Positions 38,638-48,400 of a stretch of 64,000 bases of DNA are shown in pieces. Every line of letters begins with the position of its first letter. The stretch's first letter is position 1. A program made the position numbers and the translations under genes. Under the pieces are notes generated by a model, which had not been told where the DNA came from, ran no database searches, and saw only the letters and a list, made by a program, of their open reading frames with translations. Location: positions 24,441 through 88,440 of the forward strand of contig CACBCD010000003.1 of NCBI GenBank assembly GCA_902537725.1, read 5' to 3'. Origin of the DNA: an uncultured PS1 clade bacterium (GTDB lineage Bacteria > Pseudomonadota > Alphaproteobacteria > MED-G09).

Positions 38638-41463
38638 CTAAAATCTTGATGAAACTCTAGCATACCAAAATTGTGATCCCCATGTTCTATATGAAGGATC
38701 AAAGTCATTGGCAAAACTATCAGTAAATAATGGAGGATCTTCATCTAGTAAATTATCGACACCTAGAGTAACTCTTGTGCTAAATTCATCAAAGTTATAA
38801 GAAACCTGACCATCAAGATACCAAGTTGCATCTAACTTAGTAACAGCATCACCTATGGCGGCGGATCCATCACTAAGAGTTTTTGGGTAAGCTGAGGCAA
38901 TACCGTCTACTTCTCCATGATATTGAGCAGATAATGAAGCGCTCCATGAATTATCTGACCATATTATTCCTAGATTTCCTTTTACCTCTTTATATTGGTC
39001 TCTATCACTTCCGTTAACAGTCCCTGCCCTATGTTCAACTGAACCGTCAGCACGAGTAACATCAAAAGTATCTAAGAAAGCTATTTCAGATGAGAAAATC
39101 CAAGAACCATATTTATCATCCCATTCATAAATCACAGAAAGTTCAGCGCCAGATGTTTCTGCTAGTCCAATATTATTTGATAAATCTCTAAGGTCTGTAA
39201 TAAAGCCAGTAGAATTTCTATCAATTAAAGAACAATATCTTTGATTATTTTCTTGATAACAACCATTTAATATAAGTTGTGCTCCAATAGAAGAAATAGT
39301 ATTTGTTATTTCAACTTCATAATAATCTGCATAAATAGACAAACCTTCAATTGGCTTTATAATAACACCAAAGTTTATTCCTTCTGACTCTTCAGGTTGA
39401 ATATCAGGATTTCCTCCCTGAGTAATTCTTATTTGAGTATTTGGCTGAGTAAAACCAGTTGGAACACCATCGTTAGCACATTGACCAAGTTGAGATCCAT
39501 CTGCATTTCCTGTAAAATTATCAGATAGAGCATCGCATGGATCCTGAAGATCTGGATAAGAATCCAATTGTCCACCATAAAGGGTACCAATAGATGGAGC
39601 CCTAAAGCCTTCAGCAAAAGTTGCTCTAAAAGTTACTATCTCATTAGGAGACCATGTTGCACCATATTTAGCATTTGTAGTTGTACCAAAACTTGAGTAA
39701 TCAGAATGACGAACTGCAAGACTAAGGTCAATTGTTTCTGTAACAGGAACGGCTAATTCAATATAACCTTCATCAACCTCAAATTCACCAGCAACAGGGC
39801 TTGAGGCATTACCTGAAGATAGACCTGCAGCAATAAATGCATCAGGATCATACTTACCCTCTTCTTTTCTATGTTCGATACCAAATGCTAGTCCTAATGG
39901 GCCAAAGGGTAATTCCATAATCGTTCCGCTTACATCAAAACCATAATTTTTCATTTCATTCATACCAGTGTCATGAGCAATGAAAGTAATATAATCAACC
40001 ATTTCTTGTGTAATTGTTCCTGAGCCATCCCACAAACCTTCACCGAGATAAGATCCGTCAGAACCCTGTCCACCAAAAACGTTTAATGGGACACAATCAC
40101 CTTTACAATCGTCTCCACTAAGACCTTTTTTAATATTTCCTGTATTTAATAATCCGTAGGTAGTTGTTGTATTTTTATTTTGAGCCCAAATTAAATAAGC
40201 ATCAATGTCCCATTTGCCAATGCTGGACTCTACACCAAGAGCAACTCTGTAAGTTTCAGTATCCTGAATGAAGTTTCTTTCACCGGCCTCAAGCAATCTT
40301 CTACCAAACCAACCATTTGCATATCCACCAGGATAATTCGCATCGTTACATGTCTTACCCTCAACAGACTCGCCGTTTAAATCACAAAATTCTATTCCAA
40401 AAGGATTATAGGGGTTATTTCTTGAAATACCTTCACTACCACCAAAATCACCAAATCCATAAAATAGTGGCATAGGAGCTAATAATTGATCAGAAATTCT
40501 ATTTTGATATACACCAAAAAGAGTTACATCAGTATTTTCAGTAACTGAATACCTACCTTTTGCATAAAAATTCTTTCTTTCATTTGGTGTTTCAACATAA
40601 TTATAAGGATTGTAATTAAACCTATCATCAGGGCTAGTCCAGCATCTGAAATCTGAGGGACTTGATCCATTTGTACCTTCTGACGGCGTAAAATTAGAGC
40701 AATCACCTACAACACCACCATATGCTAAACGACCTTGAGGAGTTCCTGAAGATCCACCAAAACTTGGTCTAGCAGCTGTTTGTGGTCTATCACCATTACC
40801 GAGTGCTTTAATATCCACATAGGAAGCCCCCAATAAAATAGAGCCTTTATCAGATTTTACCCCTAGAGATAAATCATAGCTATCAGCCATACCGCCACCA
40901 TCAAAGTATTCACCTCTTTGAAAAGATGCGTTTAAACCATCAAAATTATCTTTGGTAATAATATTTACAACAGCTGCAATAGCATCAGATCCGTAAACAG
41001 CAGAGGCACCATCTTTTAAAACCTCTACACGTTCAATAGATGAAGTTGGGATTGTATTTAAATCAACCGCAGCATTTGCACCCTCACCACCATTTACCCA
41101 TCTACGCCCATCGACTAAGACAAGTGTTCTTGATGAAGAAAGGTTTCTAAAATCAACTTTTACAGATCCATCACCACCATTGTTATAATTTCTGTTTATA
41201 CCAGATCCTTGACCTGGAAGCTCAAGAAGAATTTCACCTATTGAAATTTTTCCTGATAGAAGAATATCTTCCTGACTAATAATGCCAACAGGTGCAAAGC
41301 TATCTGGATTAATACCTTTAATTCTTGAACCAGTTACAATAATTTCTTCTACAGGACTAATATTTTCATTTGTCTCTTGAGCTTTTAAAGATAAATTACT
41401 CAAGGAAAAAACTGAAAAAATAGCTGTAGAAACTAAAAGACATCTTTTTAAAAGTTTTGACAT
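38638..41463 (-). CDS. TonB-dependent outer-membrane receptor (941 aa)
   Basis: Signal peptide; TonB box-like EEIIVTGSRI; plug DLNTIP..IERVEVLKDGASAVYGSDAIAAVVNII; GVDNLLD near the C-terminus; terminal Phe. Confidence 0.95.
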   Translation of the reverse strand: MSKLLKRCLLVSTAIFSVFSLSNLSLKAQETNENISPVEEIIVTGSRIKGINPDSFAPVGIISQEDILLSGKISIGEILLELPGQGSGINRNYNNGGDGSVKVDFRNLSSSRTLVLVDGRRWVNGGEGANAAVDLNTIPTSSIERVEVLKDGASAVYGSDAIAAVVNIITKDNFDGLNASFQRGEYFDGGGMADSYDLSLGVKSDKGSILLGASYVDIKALGNGDRPQTAARPSFGGSSGTPQGRLAYGGVVGDCSNFTPSEGTNGSSPSDFRCWTSPDDRFNYNPYNYVETPNERKNFYAKGRYSVTENTDVTLFGVYQNRISDQLLAPMPLFYGFGDFGGSEGISRNNPYNPFGIEFCDLNGESVEGKTCNDANYPGGYANGWFGRRLLEAGERNFIQDTETYRVALGVESSIGKWDIDAYLIWAQNKNTTTTYGLLNTGNIKKGLSGDDCKGDCVPLNVFGGQGSDGSYLGEGLWDGSGTITQEMVDYITFIAHDTGMNEMKNYGFDVSGTIMELPFGPLGLAFGIEHRKEEGKYDPDAFIAAGLSSGNASSPVAGEFEVDEGYIELAVPVTETIDLSLAVRHSDYSSFGTTTNAKYGATWSPNEIVTFRATFAEGFRAPSIGTLYGGQLDSYPDLQDPCDALSDNFTGNADGSQLGQCANDGVPTGFTQPNTQIRITQGGNPDIQPEESEGINFGVIIKPIEGLSIYADYYEVEITNTISSIGAQLILNGCYQENNQRYCSLIDRNSTGFITDLRDLSNNIGLAETSGAELSVIYEWDDKYGSWIFSSEIAFLDTFDVTRADGSVEHRAGTVNGSDRDQYKEVKGNLGIIWSDNSWSASLSAQYHGEVDGIASAYPKTLSDGSAAIGDAVTKLDATWYLDGQVSYNFDEFSTRVTLGVDNLLDEDPPLFTDSFANDFDPSYRTWGSQFWYARVSSRF

Positions 41464-41562
41464 TTGATCACCATTTAATAAAATATATTTATGAAAATTT
41501 CTCCATCAAAAAAGAAATTAATATCTATAATTTTCAATAACTTAGCATATGAATACTTAAAT

Positions 41563-41580
41563 ATGTCAAAAATATGACAT
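41563..41580 (-). promoter_or_regulatory. Pho-box-like direct repeat that is also a palindrome
   Basis: Minus strand ATGTCAT-ATTT-TTGACAT (11-bp period, contains TTGACA); plus strand ATGTCA-N6-TGACAT; lies between the divergent TonB receptor and mazG starts. Confidence 0.45.
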
Positions 41581-41614
41581 TTTTATTACAAAGAAACAAA
41601 ATGGCAGTATTTCA

Positions 41615-42022
41615 ATGAAAAAAAAGAATGAAGTAAGTGATAATTTTTTAGATTTAATTAAAATTGCGGAAAAATTAAGAGATAAAGAAGAAGGTTGTCT
41701 CTGGTGCAATTCACAAACATCTGAATCTATAGCCAAATATTCTTTAGAGGAAGCAGAGGAAGTTTTCGAGGCAATTAAAGAAGGTGATAACTCTGATATA
41801 TGTGAAGAGTTAGGTGATCTTCTATTTCAAGTAATATTTCATTCACAAATTAAATCCGAAGAGGGAAAATTTAGTATTAATGATGTAATAAAATCAATTA
41901 ATAGAAAAATGATTAGAAGAAATCCTCATGTTTTTGATAATCAAAGCAATAAGAAATATACATTAAGAGAAATAGAAGAAAATTGGATGAAAATAAAAAA
42001 AGAAGAAAAAATTAATCAATAA
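41615..42022 (+). CDS. mazG: MazG-family nucleoside triphosphate pyrophosphohydrolase, single domain
   Basis: LRDKEEGC.W..SQT, EEAEEV, EELGDLLFQVIFHSQI and KMIRRNPHVF motifs. Confidence 0.88.
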   Translation: MKKKNEVSDNFLDLIKIAEKLRDKEEGCLWCNSQTSESIAKYSLEEAEEVFEAIKEGDNSDICEELGDLLFQVIFHSQIKSEEGKFSINDVIKSINRKMIRRNPHVFDNQSNKKYTLREIEENWMKIKKEEKINQ

Positions 42023-42263
42023 AGTTTGTTGAGTCCAATGGTAAAATTGTAGAAATTGAATGTTTATAAACTAACTGAATATTATCATCTCTCTTTAATA
42101 AAAAACTATTACTTCCCATTGCTATAATAGTTCCTTCCAGTTTAATTCCATTGACAAGAAAAATAGTTAATTCTTTTGATTTTTCGATAGCATGATTTAC
42201 AAAATCTGTCTCAATGTCATTTAAAGAATTTTTTTCAGGGGTTTCCATGGCTTTTTTTAACAT
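42012..42263 (-). CDS. hfq: RNA chaperone Hfq, divergent
   Basis: LTIFLVNGIKLEG and QLVYKHSISTILP Sm1/Sm2 motifs; canonical position downstream of trkA. Confidence 0.88.
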   Translation of the reverse strand: MLKKAMETPEKNSLNDIETDFVNHAIEKSKELTIFLVNGIKLEGTIIAMGSNSFLLKRDDNIQLVYKHSISTILPLDSTNFID

Positions 42264-42370
42264 TATATCTCTCTCGTGTTTATGTTAAAATTTTGATAGG
42301 ACCCCTCACCTAGACAAAATTAAATATAAATAAATTAATATGATTTACTTATTTTTTGCAACCCCAAAAG

Positions 42371-43747
42371 TTAATAATAATCAGGACTTATTCTAAAAAA
42401 TTGCTCAACTAAATGGATACAATGTGGTTTTGAAAAAATTACTATATTATCACCCTCCTTTATTAACGTGTCCCCTGTTGGCATTATAAACTTTTCTTTT
42501 CTAATTATTCCCCCTATTCGTAATCCTGAATCTAACTTTAATTCTTCAATTGTTGGTCCAATTAGTTCTGAGGAAGATGATACCTCACCCTCAATCACTT
42601 CTGCATTTCCATTTATTAGAGAATAGAGTCTTTTAATGTGACCCTTTCTAACATGCCTTAAAATTGATGAAATTGTTATTGCTTTTGGATCAATGAACTC
42701 TCCAATCCCCAATGAAATAATTAATGACTGAAAATCTGATGTATTTAAAAGAGCAAGAGATTTTTTACATCCTTCGCTTGAAGAAAAAGCTGCAGAAAGA
42801 AAATTGACCTCATCACTATCAGTTAAAGATACTAAAGTTTCAGTATTTTCTATATCGGCTTCATGTAAAATCTCTCTATCAATACCTGATCCATTTAAAA
42901 CGGTAATATCACTGAATTTGTCAGATAATGTCGAGGCATTATCTTTATTGTTGTCTATTACAGTTAATTTAATTTTATCGGCCATTGTATCAATTAATGA
43001 TGCTACCTCACTACCAACTGAACCCCCGCCCACTAAAACAACTTTTCTTGCTTCTTTTTCAGGATGACCAAAAATAGAAACAGTTCTTCTTGATAGCTCT
43101 GATGGACAAACAAGATATGCAATATCTCCAATTACTAGTTTATCATTAGATTTTGGGATAATCATTTCCTCGCCCCTTTGCAAACCAACAATAACTGTTT
43201 TTAAATCAGGAAACAAATTTGTTAAATCCGAAATTTCAGTCTCAATAATTGGACAGTCTTTTTCAATTTTAATACCGAGAAACTTTAAAGCTCCATCTAT
43301 AAAAGGAATATTCTCAATTGCTCCTGGTATTTCAAGTCTCCTTAATACATTTTTTGCTACTTCATTTTCAGGTGAAATAATTACACTGACTGGTAATTTA
43401 TCACTTGTAAATAAATCTTGGTGAGAAGGATCTAAATATGATTTGTCTCTTATTCTAGCAATTCTTTTTGGTACTTCAAAAATTGAGTGACCTATCTGGC
43501 AGGCAAGCATATTTACTTCGTCAGAGGATGTTATAGCGATCATCATATCTGCATCTTTAGCGCCAGCCTTTTCTAAAATATCAGGATGTGCACCATGACC
43601 CACGATACCTCTTATATCCAGTTTATTTGTTAACTTTCTAACTAACTCTGAAGAAGAGTCGATTATTGTGACTTCATTACCCAATAAAGATAATTTCTCA
43701 GCAATAGATGCCCCGCTTTTTCCCGCTCCACATATCAATATTTGCAT
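42371..43747 (-). CDS. trkA: Trk system potassium uptake protein TrkA
   Basis: Two RCK domains (ICGAGKSG, LVGGGSVG); DEVNMLACQ. Confidence 0.95.
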   Translation of the reverse strand: MQILICGAGKSGASIAEKLSLLGNEVTIIDSSSELVRKLTNKLDIRGIVGHGAHPDILEKAGAKDADMMIAITSSDEVNMLACQIGHSIFEVPKRIARIRDKSYLDPSHQDLFTSDKLPVSVIISPENEVAKNVLRRLEIPGAIENIPFIDGALKFLGIKIEKDCPIIETEISDLTNLFPDLKTVIVGLQRGEEMIIPKSNDKLVIGDIAYLVCPSELSRRTVSIFGHPEKEARKVVLVGGGSVGSEVASLIDTMADKIKLTVIDNNKDNASTLSDKFSDITVLNGSGIDREILHEADIENTETLVSLTDSDEVNFLSAAFSSSEGCKKSLALLNTSDFQSLIISLGIGEFIDPKAITISSILRHVRKGHIKRLYSLINGNAEVIEGEVSSSSELIGPTIEELKLDSGLRIGGIIRKEKFIMPTGDTLIKEGDNIVIFSKPHCIHLVEQFFRISPDYY

Positions 43748-43761
43748 AATTTTCTCAGAGG

Positions 43762-43977
43762 TTAATACCCAATAATGTTTCTAAAACGTTCATTAGGCAT
43801 AATATTTAAATCTTTCATTTTTCTATGGAGAGCAGTTCTGTCCATACCAATAAAATTAGCAGTTTTTGAAATATTACCGTTAAACTTTTTTATTTGGGCA
43901 AGTATATATTTTTTTTCAAAATGAGACCTGGCAGTCCTAATATCCATATCCAGATCAATAACAAGAAATTTATCCAT
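43762..43977 (-). CDS. Stand-alone Fis-type HTH protein (C-terminal domain of NtrX, 71 aa)
   Basis: ARSHFEKKYILAQIKKFNGNISKTANFIGMDRTALHRK resembles the NtrX HTH; AGAGG RBS before the ATG at 43977; in-frame TAA at 44041-44043 closes the frame; sits in the ntrX position upstream of trkA. Confidence 0.78.
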   Translation of the reverse strand: MDKFLVIDLDMDIRTARSHFEKKYILAQIKKFNGNISKTANFIGMDRTALHRKMKDLNIMPNERFRNIIGY

Positions 43978-44046
43978 AAACGCCTCTTCTCTAATAAATA
44001 TAGTTGCTTTAATACAACTATTTGATATCGATGTCACTAATTAGTT

Positions 44047-45585
44047 CTATTTTTTATATTTAATTTTTGGGAATATAATCACTGGTTCTTTAATAGATTT
44101 TCCGGAAATTAGAGAAAATTTATCTTCAATAAAATCAAATGTTCTTTGATCATCTTTAACGCATAAAATATCTAATAATCTTTTGCAGGATTCAGGCATA
44201 ACAGGTTGAAGCATAATAGAAATTTTCCTTATCATTTCTACAGTTACCCAAAGTACTGAATTCATTCTCATCAAATCATTATTCTTGAGTTCCCAAGGTT
44301 TTTGATCAGAAAAGTATTTATTAGTTAAAGATACAATATTAAACACCTCTTCAATGTAAGAATTTATTTGATAATTATCCATCATTTCTAAAATATCATT
44401 AACTTTAATTTCAAGTAAATCCAAAAGCTCTTGATCAACAATCTTTAATGAATTTTTCTCAGGAACTTTACTATTACAATGCTTATTAACCATGCTAAGG
44501 CATCTCTGGGATAAATTTCCTAAATCATTAGATAAGTCAGAATTTACTCTATTAATCAAAAGTTCATCACTATAATTTCCATCATTTCCAAAAATAGTTT
44601 CTCTCATTAAAAAATATCTTAATTGATCAACACCAAATGAATTTATTAATTCCATTGGATCCTCAATATTACCCAAGCTTTTCGACATTTTTTCACCTTT
44701 ATTAAGAATAAAACCATGGGCAAATACTTTTTTTGGAATTTCTATGCCAGCAGAGAATAAGAATGCTGGCCAATAAACAGCATGAAAACGTGTTATATCT
44801 TTCCCAATTAAATGAATATCAGCAGGCCAGAAACTTTTAAACTTATCACATTTTTCATCTGGCCAATTCAATGCGGAAATATAATTTGTGAGAGCGTCAA
44901 CCCAAACATAAATAGAGTGTTCTGAGTCATTTGGAACTTTAATACCCCATTCCAAACCCTTTCTAGAGATTGAAATATCATTCAAACCATTTTTAACGAA
45001 ATTCCTAATCTCGTTTAATCTGCTCCTTGGTTGAATAAAGTCCTCATTTTTTTTATATAAATCTAATAACTTATCTTCATAATTTGACAATTTAAAAAAA
45101 TAACTTTTCTCGTCAACCCATTCAACATTATTATTGTTTGGTGAAATGTATTCATCTTTTTCATTTTTTTTGAGTTCACTTTCTTGATAAAAAGCCTCAT
45201 CAACAACTGAATACCAACCAGAGTATTCTCCGAGATATATGTCTCCATTTTCTTCCATTTTCAGCCAAATATCATTTACAGCTTTTTTATGCCTTTCCTC
45301 TGATGTTCTAATAAAATCATCATTCGAGCAATTAAGTTCTTTAGACATTTTTATAAATGTTTGAGACATATCATAGGCAAGTTCCTCTGGTTTAATTTTT
45401 AAGGCTTCTGCTTTTTGTTGAACTTTAAGACCGTGTTCATCAGTACCAGTAAGAAAAAAAACTCTTTTTCCATTTAATCTATTAAATCTAGCGATTACAT
45501 CTGCTGCAATCACCTCGTATGCATGGCCCATGTGTGGAGGTCCATTTGTATATGATATTGCAGTACTTATATAAAAATTTTCCAT
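44047..45585 (-). CDS. metG: Methionine--tRNA ligase
   Basis: YTNGPPHMGH (HIGH-like), GTDEHG, YVWVDAL, GKDITRFHA and KMSKS motifs. Confidence 0.97.
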   Translation of the reverse strand: MENFYISTAISYTNGPPHMGHAYEVIAADVIARFNRLNGKRVFFLTGTDEHGLKVQQKAEALKIKPEELAYDMSQTFIKMSKELNCSNDDFIRTSEERHKKAVNDIWLKMEENGDIYLGEYSGWYSVVDEAFYQESELKKNEKDEYISPNNNNVEWVDEKSYFFKLSNYEDKLLDLYKKNEDFIQPRSRLNEIRNFVKNGLNDISISRKGLEWGIKVPNDSEHSIYVWVDALTNYISALNWPDEKCDKFKSFWPADIHLIGKDITRFHAVYWPAFLFSAGIEIPKKVFAHGFILNKGEKMSKSLGNIEDPMELINSFGVDQLRYFLMRETIFGNDGNYSDELLINRVNSDLSNDLGNLSQRCLSMVNKHCNSKVPEKNSLKIVDQELLDLLEIKVNDILEMMDNYQINSYIEEVFNIVSLTNKYFSDQKPWELKNNDLMRMNSVLWVTVEMIRKISIMLQPVMPESCKRLLDILCVKDDQRTFDFIEDKFSLISGKSIKEPVIIFPKIKYKK

Positions 45586-45592
45586 TTTAAAG

Positions 45593-46594
45593 CTATTGTA
45601 ATTTTATTATTTTATCCAAATTTGAAATAATACTCAGAATTGTTTGTTTTTTATTTAATTTATAAACTCTCTCTTGGCTAATCAAATCTAAAATACTATC
45701 CCTTATTTTAAAAACTTTTTCATTACAGTCTTTAAAATCATTACTATAAGATGCCCTTTTTTTGATATATGAATTAATTTTTGAAATTAAAATATCTGTA
45801 AAAATATCAAATTTATTTAAACCCTCGGTGTCTTTTAAAATAAAATCTGAAAATTCATAAATATCCTCATTGAGCTCCCCTCTATTAAAAATATTATTGA
45901 TTTCATCCGATATTCTTAATGAGTCCGAATGAATTAAATTTTCCAAATTTCCAATACTCCCATTAGCATTAACAATAAAATTATCTAATTCATTTTTTAA
46001 AATATCAGGTTTTAAAAATTTAATTCTCTCAATGATTATTTCATCATTTAAATTTTTAAATTTTAACTCTAAACACCTAGATCTAATAGTATCCAAAACC
46101 CTATTAATATTGTGCGAAATTATTAAAAAAAGGCAATTTGAAGGTGGTTCCTCTAAAATTTTTAAAATTGCATTTGTTGAAGAAATATCCATCAAGTCTA
46201 ATGAGTCTATTATACAAACTCTCCATTTACTCATTGAAGAGGTTTGCATAAAGAATTGAGAGCACTTTCTAATTTGATCAACTGAAATAAAAGATTTTTT
46301 ATCATTATCTTCTGGCTCTATTACTAATAAATCTGGATGAGAATTGGCCTCTATAAGTTTGCTAACTTTATAATCAAAAACTTCTAATTTTTTTGTTTTA
46401 TTATCGGATAGTATTTTTCTAGATAATAAATATGCAAGAGTAGCTTTTCCAATACCTTTGTTACCTGAAAAAATATAAGCATGGTGAAGTGAGTTATTTA
46501 AAAACGAATTTATAAGAAAATTAATATTTTCTTTATGACCTCTAATAGAATAATTTTTTCGGGGTAATACAATATCTTCTCTGTTAATATCCAT
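45593..46594 (-). CDS. holB: DNA polymerase III delta' subunit
   Basis: HAYIFSGNKGIGKAT, HPDLLVI, NAILKILEEPP and TIRSRC motifs; likely start 46594, just after the tmk stop. Confidence 0.92.
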   Translation of the reverse strand: MDINREDIVLPRKNYSIRGHKENINFLINSFLNNSLHHAYIFSGNKGIGKATLAYLLSRKILSDNKTKKLEVFDYKVSKLIEANSHPDLLVIEPEDNDKKSFISVDQIRKCSQFFMQTSSMSKWRVCIIDSLDLMDISSTNAILKILEEPPSNCLFLIISHNINRVLDTIRSRCLELKFKNLNDEIIIERIKFLKPDILKNELDNFIVNANGSIGNLENLIHSDSLRISDEINNIFNRGELNEDIYEFSDFILKDTEGLNKFDIFTDILISKINSYIKKRASYSNDFKDCNEKVFKIRDSILDLISQERVYKLNKKQTILSIISNLDKIIKLQ

Positions 46595-46595
46595 T

Positions 46596-47222
46596 TTAGA
46601 TTTTAAATCTCTTTTTGATTTCTTCAAAAATAATATCTGATATTTTGTCAATTTCTTGACTAGCATCAATAATTATATAATTCTCAAGATTAGTTTTAGA
46701 AAAATCTAAAAAAGCCTCCCTAAGTTTTTCATGAAAACTAATGTCCATATTTTCAAATCTATCTTCATTTGTATCCCTGCTCTGTGTTCTCTTTATTCCT
46801 TCTAAAGGATCGATATCTAAAAAGAATACTAAATCTGGTTCAATTTCACCTATTGTTATCTTTTTGAGCATCTTCATTGCCTCAATGCCTAGTCCATGAC
46901 CTATACCTTGGTAGGCGTAAGTAGAATGATAATATCTATCACATATCACCCAATTACCTTTTTTAAGTGAGGGAGTTATCAAATTTTTAGTATGCTCATA
47001 TCTTGATGCAAACATTAATAAAGCCTCGGTCATGGGTTCCCACTTATTTACTTCTCCAGTAGTTACCAACTCCCTTAAAATCTCAGCTGAAGGAGTTCCA
47101 CCTGGTTCACGAGTACAAATAATTTCTATCCCTCTATCCATTAGTTTGGATTTTAAAAGATTTATTTGCGATGATTTTCCTGAGCCTTCACCGCCTTCAA
47201 ATGTAATAAAACGACCAGTCAT
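46596..47222 (-). CDS. tmk: Thymidylate kinase
   Basis: FITFEGGEGSGKSSQ, TREPGG, CDRY and YAYQG motifs. Confidence 0.97.
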   Translation of the reverse strand: MTGRFITFEGGEGSGKSSQINLLKSKLMDRGIEIICTREPGGTPSAEILRELVTTGEVNKWEPMTEALLMFASRYEHTKNLITPSLKKGNWVICDRYYHSTYAYQGIGHGLGIEAMKMLKKITIGEIEPDLVFFLDIDPLEGIKRTQSRDTNEDRFENMDISFHEKLREAFLDFSKTNLENYIIIDASQEIDKISDIIFEEIKKRFKI

Positions 47223-47224
47223 AA

Positions 47225-48400
47225 TTAATTAATTAAATACCTAATTTTTTGTAAAATCCTTCCAAAAAAATTACTTCTCTCAATATTTTCTCCCGAAATA
47301 AGGCTTGAGTTTACAATTTCCTTTTCATCATTATATACAGTTAATTCTCCAATTATTTGACCTTTTTTAATTGGGGCAATAATTGGTTGATTGAAAGAAT
47401 ATTTTGCATTTAAATTTCTTTTAGTTCTTATATTTAATAATAAGCTTATATTTTCTGATGTTAATATATTTAATTTACTTTTCTTTCCCTCCCATATATC
47501 GACTTTGTCGAGAACATCATTTTTATTAAATAAGTTGTATTTCATAAAATTCCTTTGACCATAATTTATTAGCTTTCTCATCTCAATTGTTCTGTTATCT
47601 CTTGAGGGTAAACCACCAACTATTCCAATAAGTCTAATATTATCTTTATTAGAAGAAATAATCATACTGTATCCGGACTCACTTGTTTTTCCAGTTTTTA
47701 ATCCATCAACACTCAAATCACTGCCTAATAAATTATTTCTATTAGGCTGAAAAATACCATTCCATGTAAATTCTTTCTCTGAAAAATAATGATAGAAATT
47801 TGGAAAATCCCTTATTAATGATTTCGCAAGAAGAGTCATATCATAGGGGGTAGAAAAATGATTGCTATCATGAAGGCCTGTGGAATTGGTATAATTTGTA
47901 TCAATCATACCGAGTTTTTTTGCATAAAAATTCATTTCATTAGAAAATATTTCCTCTGATCCAGAAATTGCTTCAGAGATAGCAATACATGCATCATTTC
48001 CAGAGTGAATTACTATACCTCTAATAATATTCTCTACTGATATATAAGAAGAGACTTCTGCAAACATTGTAGAGGAATCTGAAATTGCACCTCCTTTTCT
48101 CCAAGCATTTTCAGAAATAAAAATTTTATCATCTAATGAAATGATATTATTTTCTATATAATCGAATAGGACATATAAAGTCATTAATTTTGACATTGAG
48201 GCAGGATAAATTTTTTTTCTAGAATTTTTTTCATATAATATTTGGTTAGTTTCATAGTCAACTAAAAGCGCATATTTAGCATCTGAAATAAAAGAATAAG
48301 CTGGGGTTGAGTAAAAAAAGAAAACACTAATAATTAGTATTTTTGATTTTAAAAAAATTATTTTTTTTACAAAATCATTTAATTTTTTCGATAATTGCAT
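47225..48400 (-). CDS. dacA: D-alanyl-D-alanine carboxypeptidase (PBP5/6)
   Basis: SxxK (PASMSKLM), SGN and KTG motifs; start uncertain. Confidence 0.92.
   Translation of the reverse strand: MQLSKKLNDFVKKIIFLKSKILIISVFFFYSTPAYSFISDAKYALLVDYETNQILYEKNSRKKIYPASMSKLMTLYVLFDYIENNIISLDDKIFISENAWRKGGAISDSSTMFAEVSSYISVENIIRGIVIHSGNDACIAISEAISGSEEIFSNEMNFYAKKLGMIDTNYTNSTGLHDSNHFSTPYDMTLLAKSLIRDFPNFYHYFSEKEFTWNGIFQPNRNNLLGSDLSVDGLKTGKTSESGYSMIISSNKDNIRLIGIVGGLPSRDNRTIEMRKLINYGQRNFMKYNLFNKNDVLDKVDIWEGKKSKLNILTSENISLLLNIRTKRNLNAKYSFNQPIIAPIKKGQIIGELTVYNDEKEIVNSSLISGENIERSNFFGRILQKIRYLIN

Noticed and set aside
41464-41614. Cobalamin riboswitch and BtuB identity for the TonB receptor (attractive given the B12-dependent mutase)
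   Set aside because: The 151-nt AT-rich spacer has no B12-box, and the receptor is much longer and more Cys-rich than BtuB; nothing similar was seen upstream of the mutase either.
42289-42321. Imperfect hairpin AATTTTG-A-TAGG...CCTA-GA-CAAAATT between trkA and hfq
   Set aside because: Weak, bulged and AT-rich; cannot distinguish terminator, 5'-UTR structure or chance.
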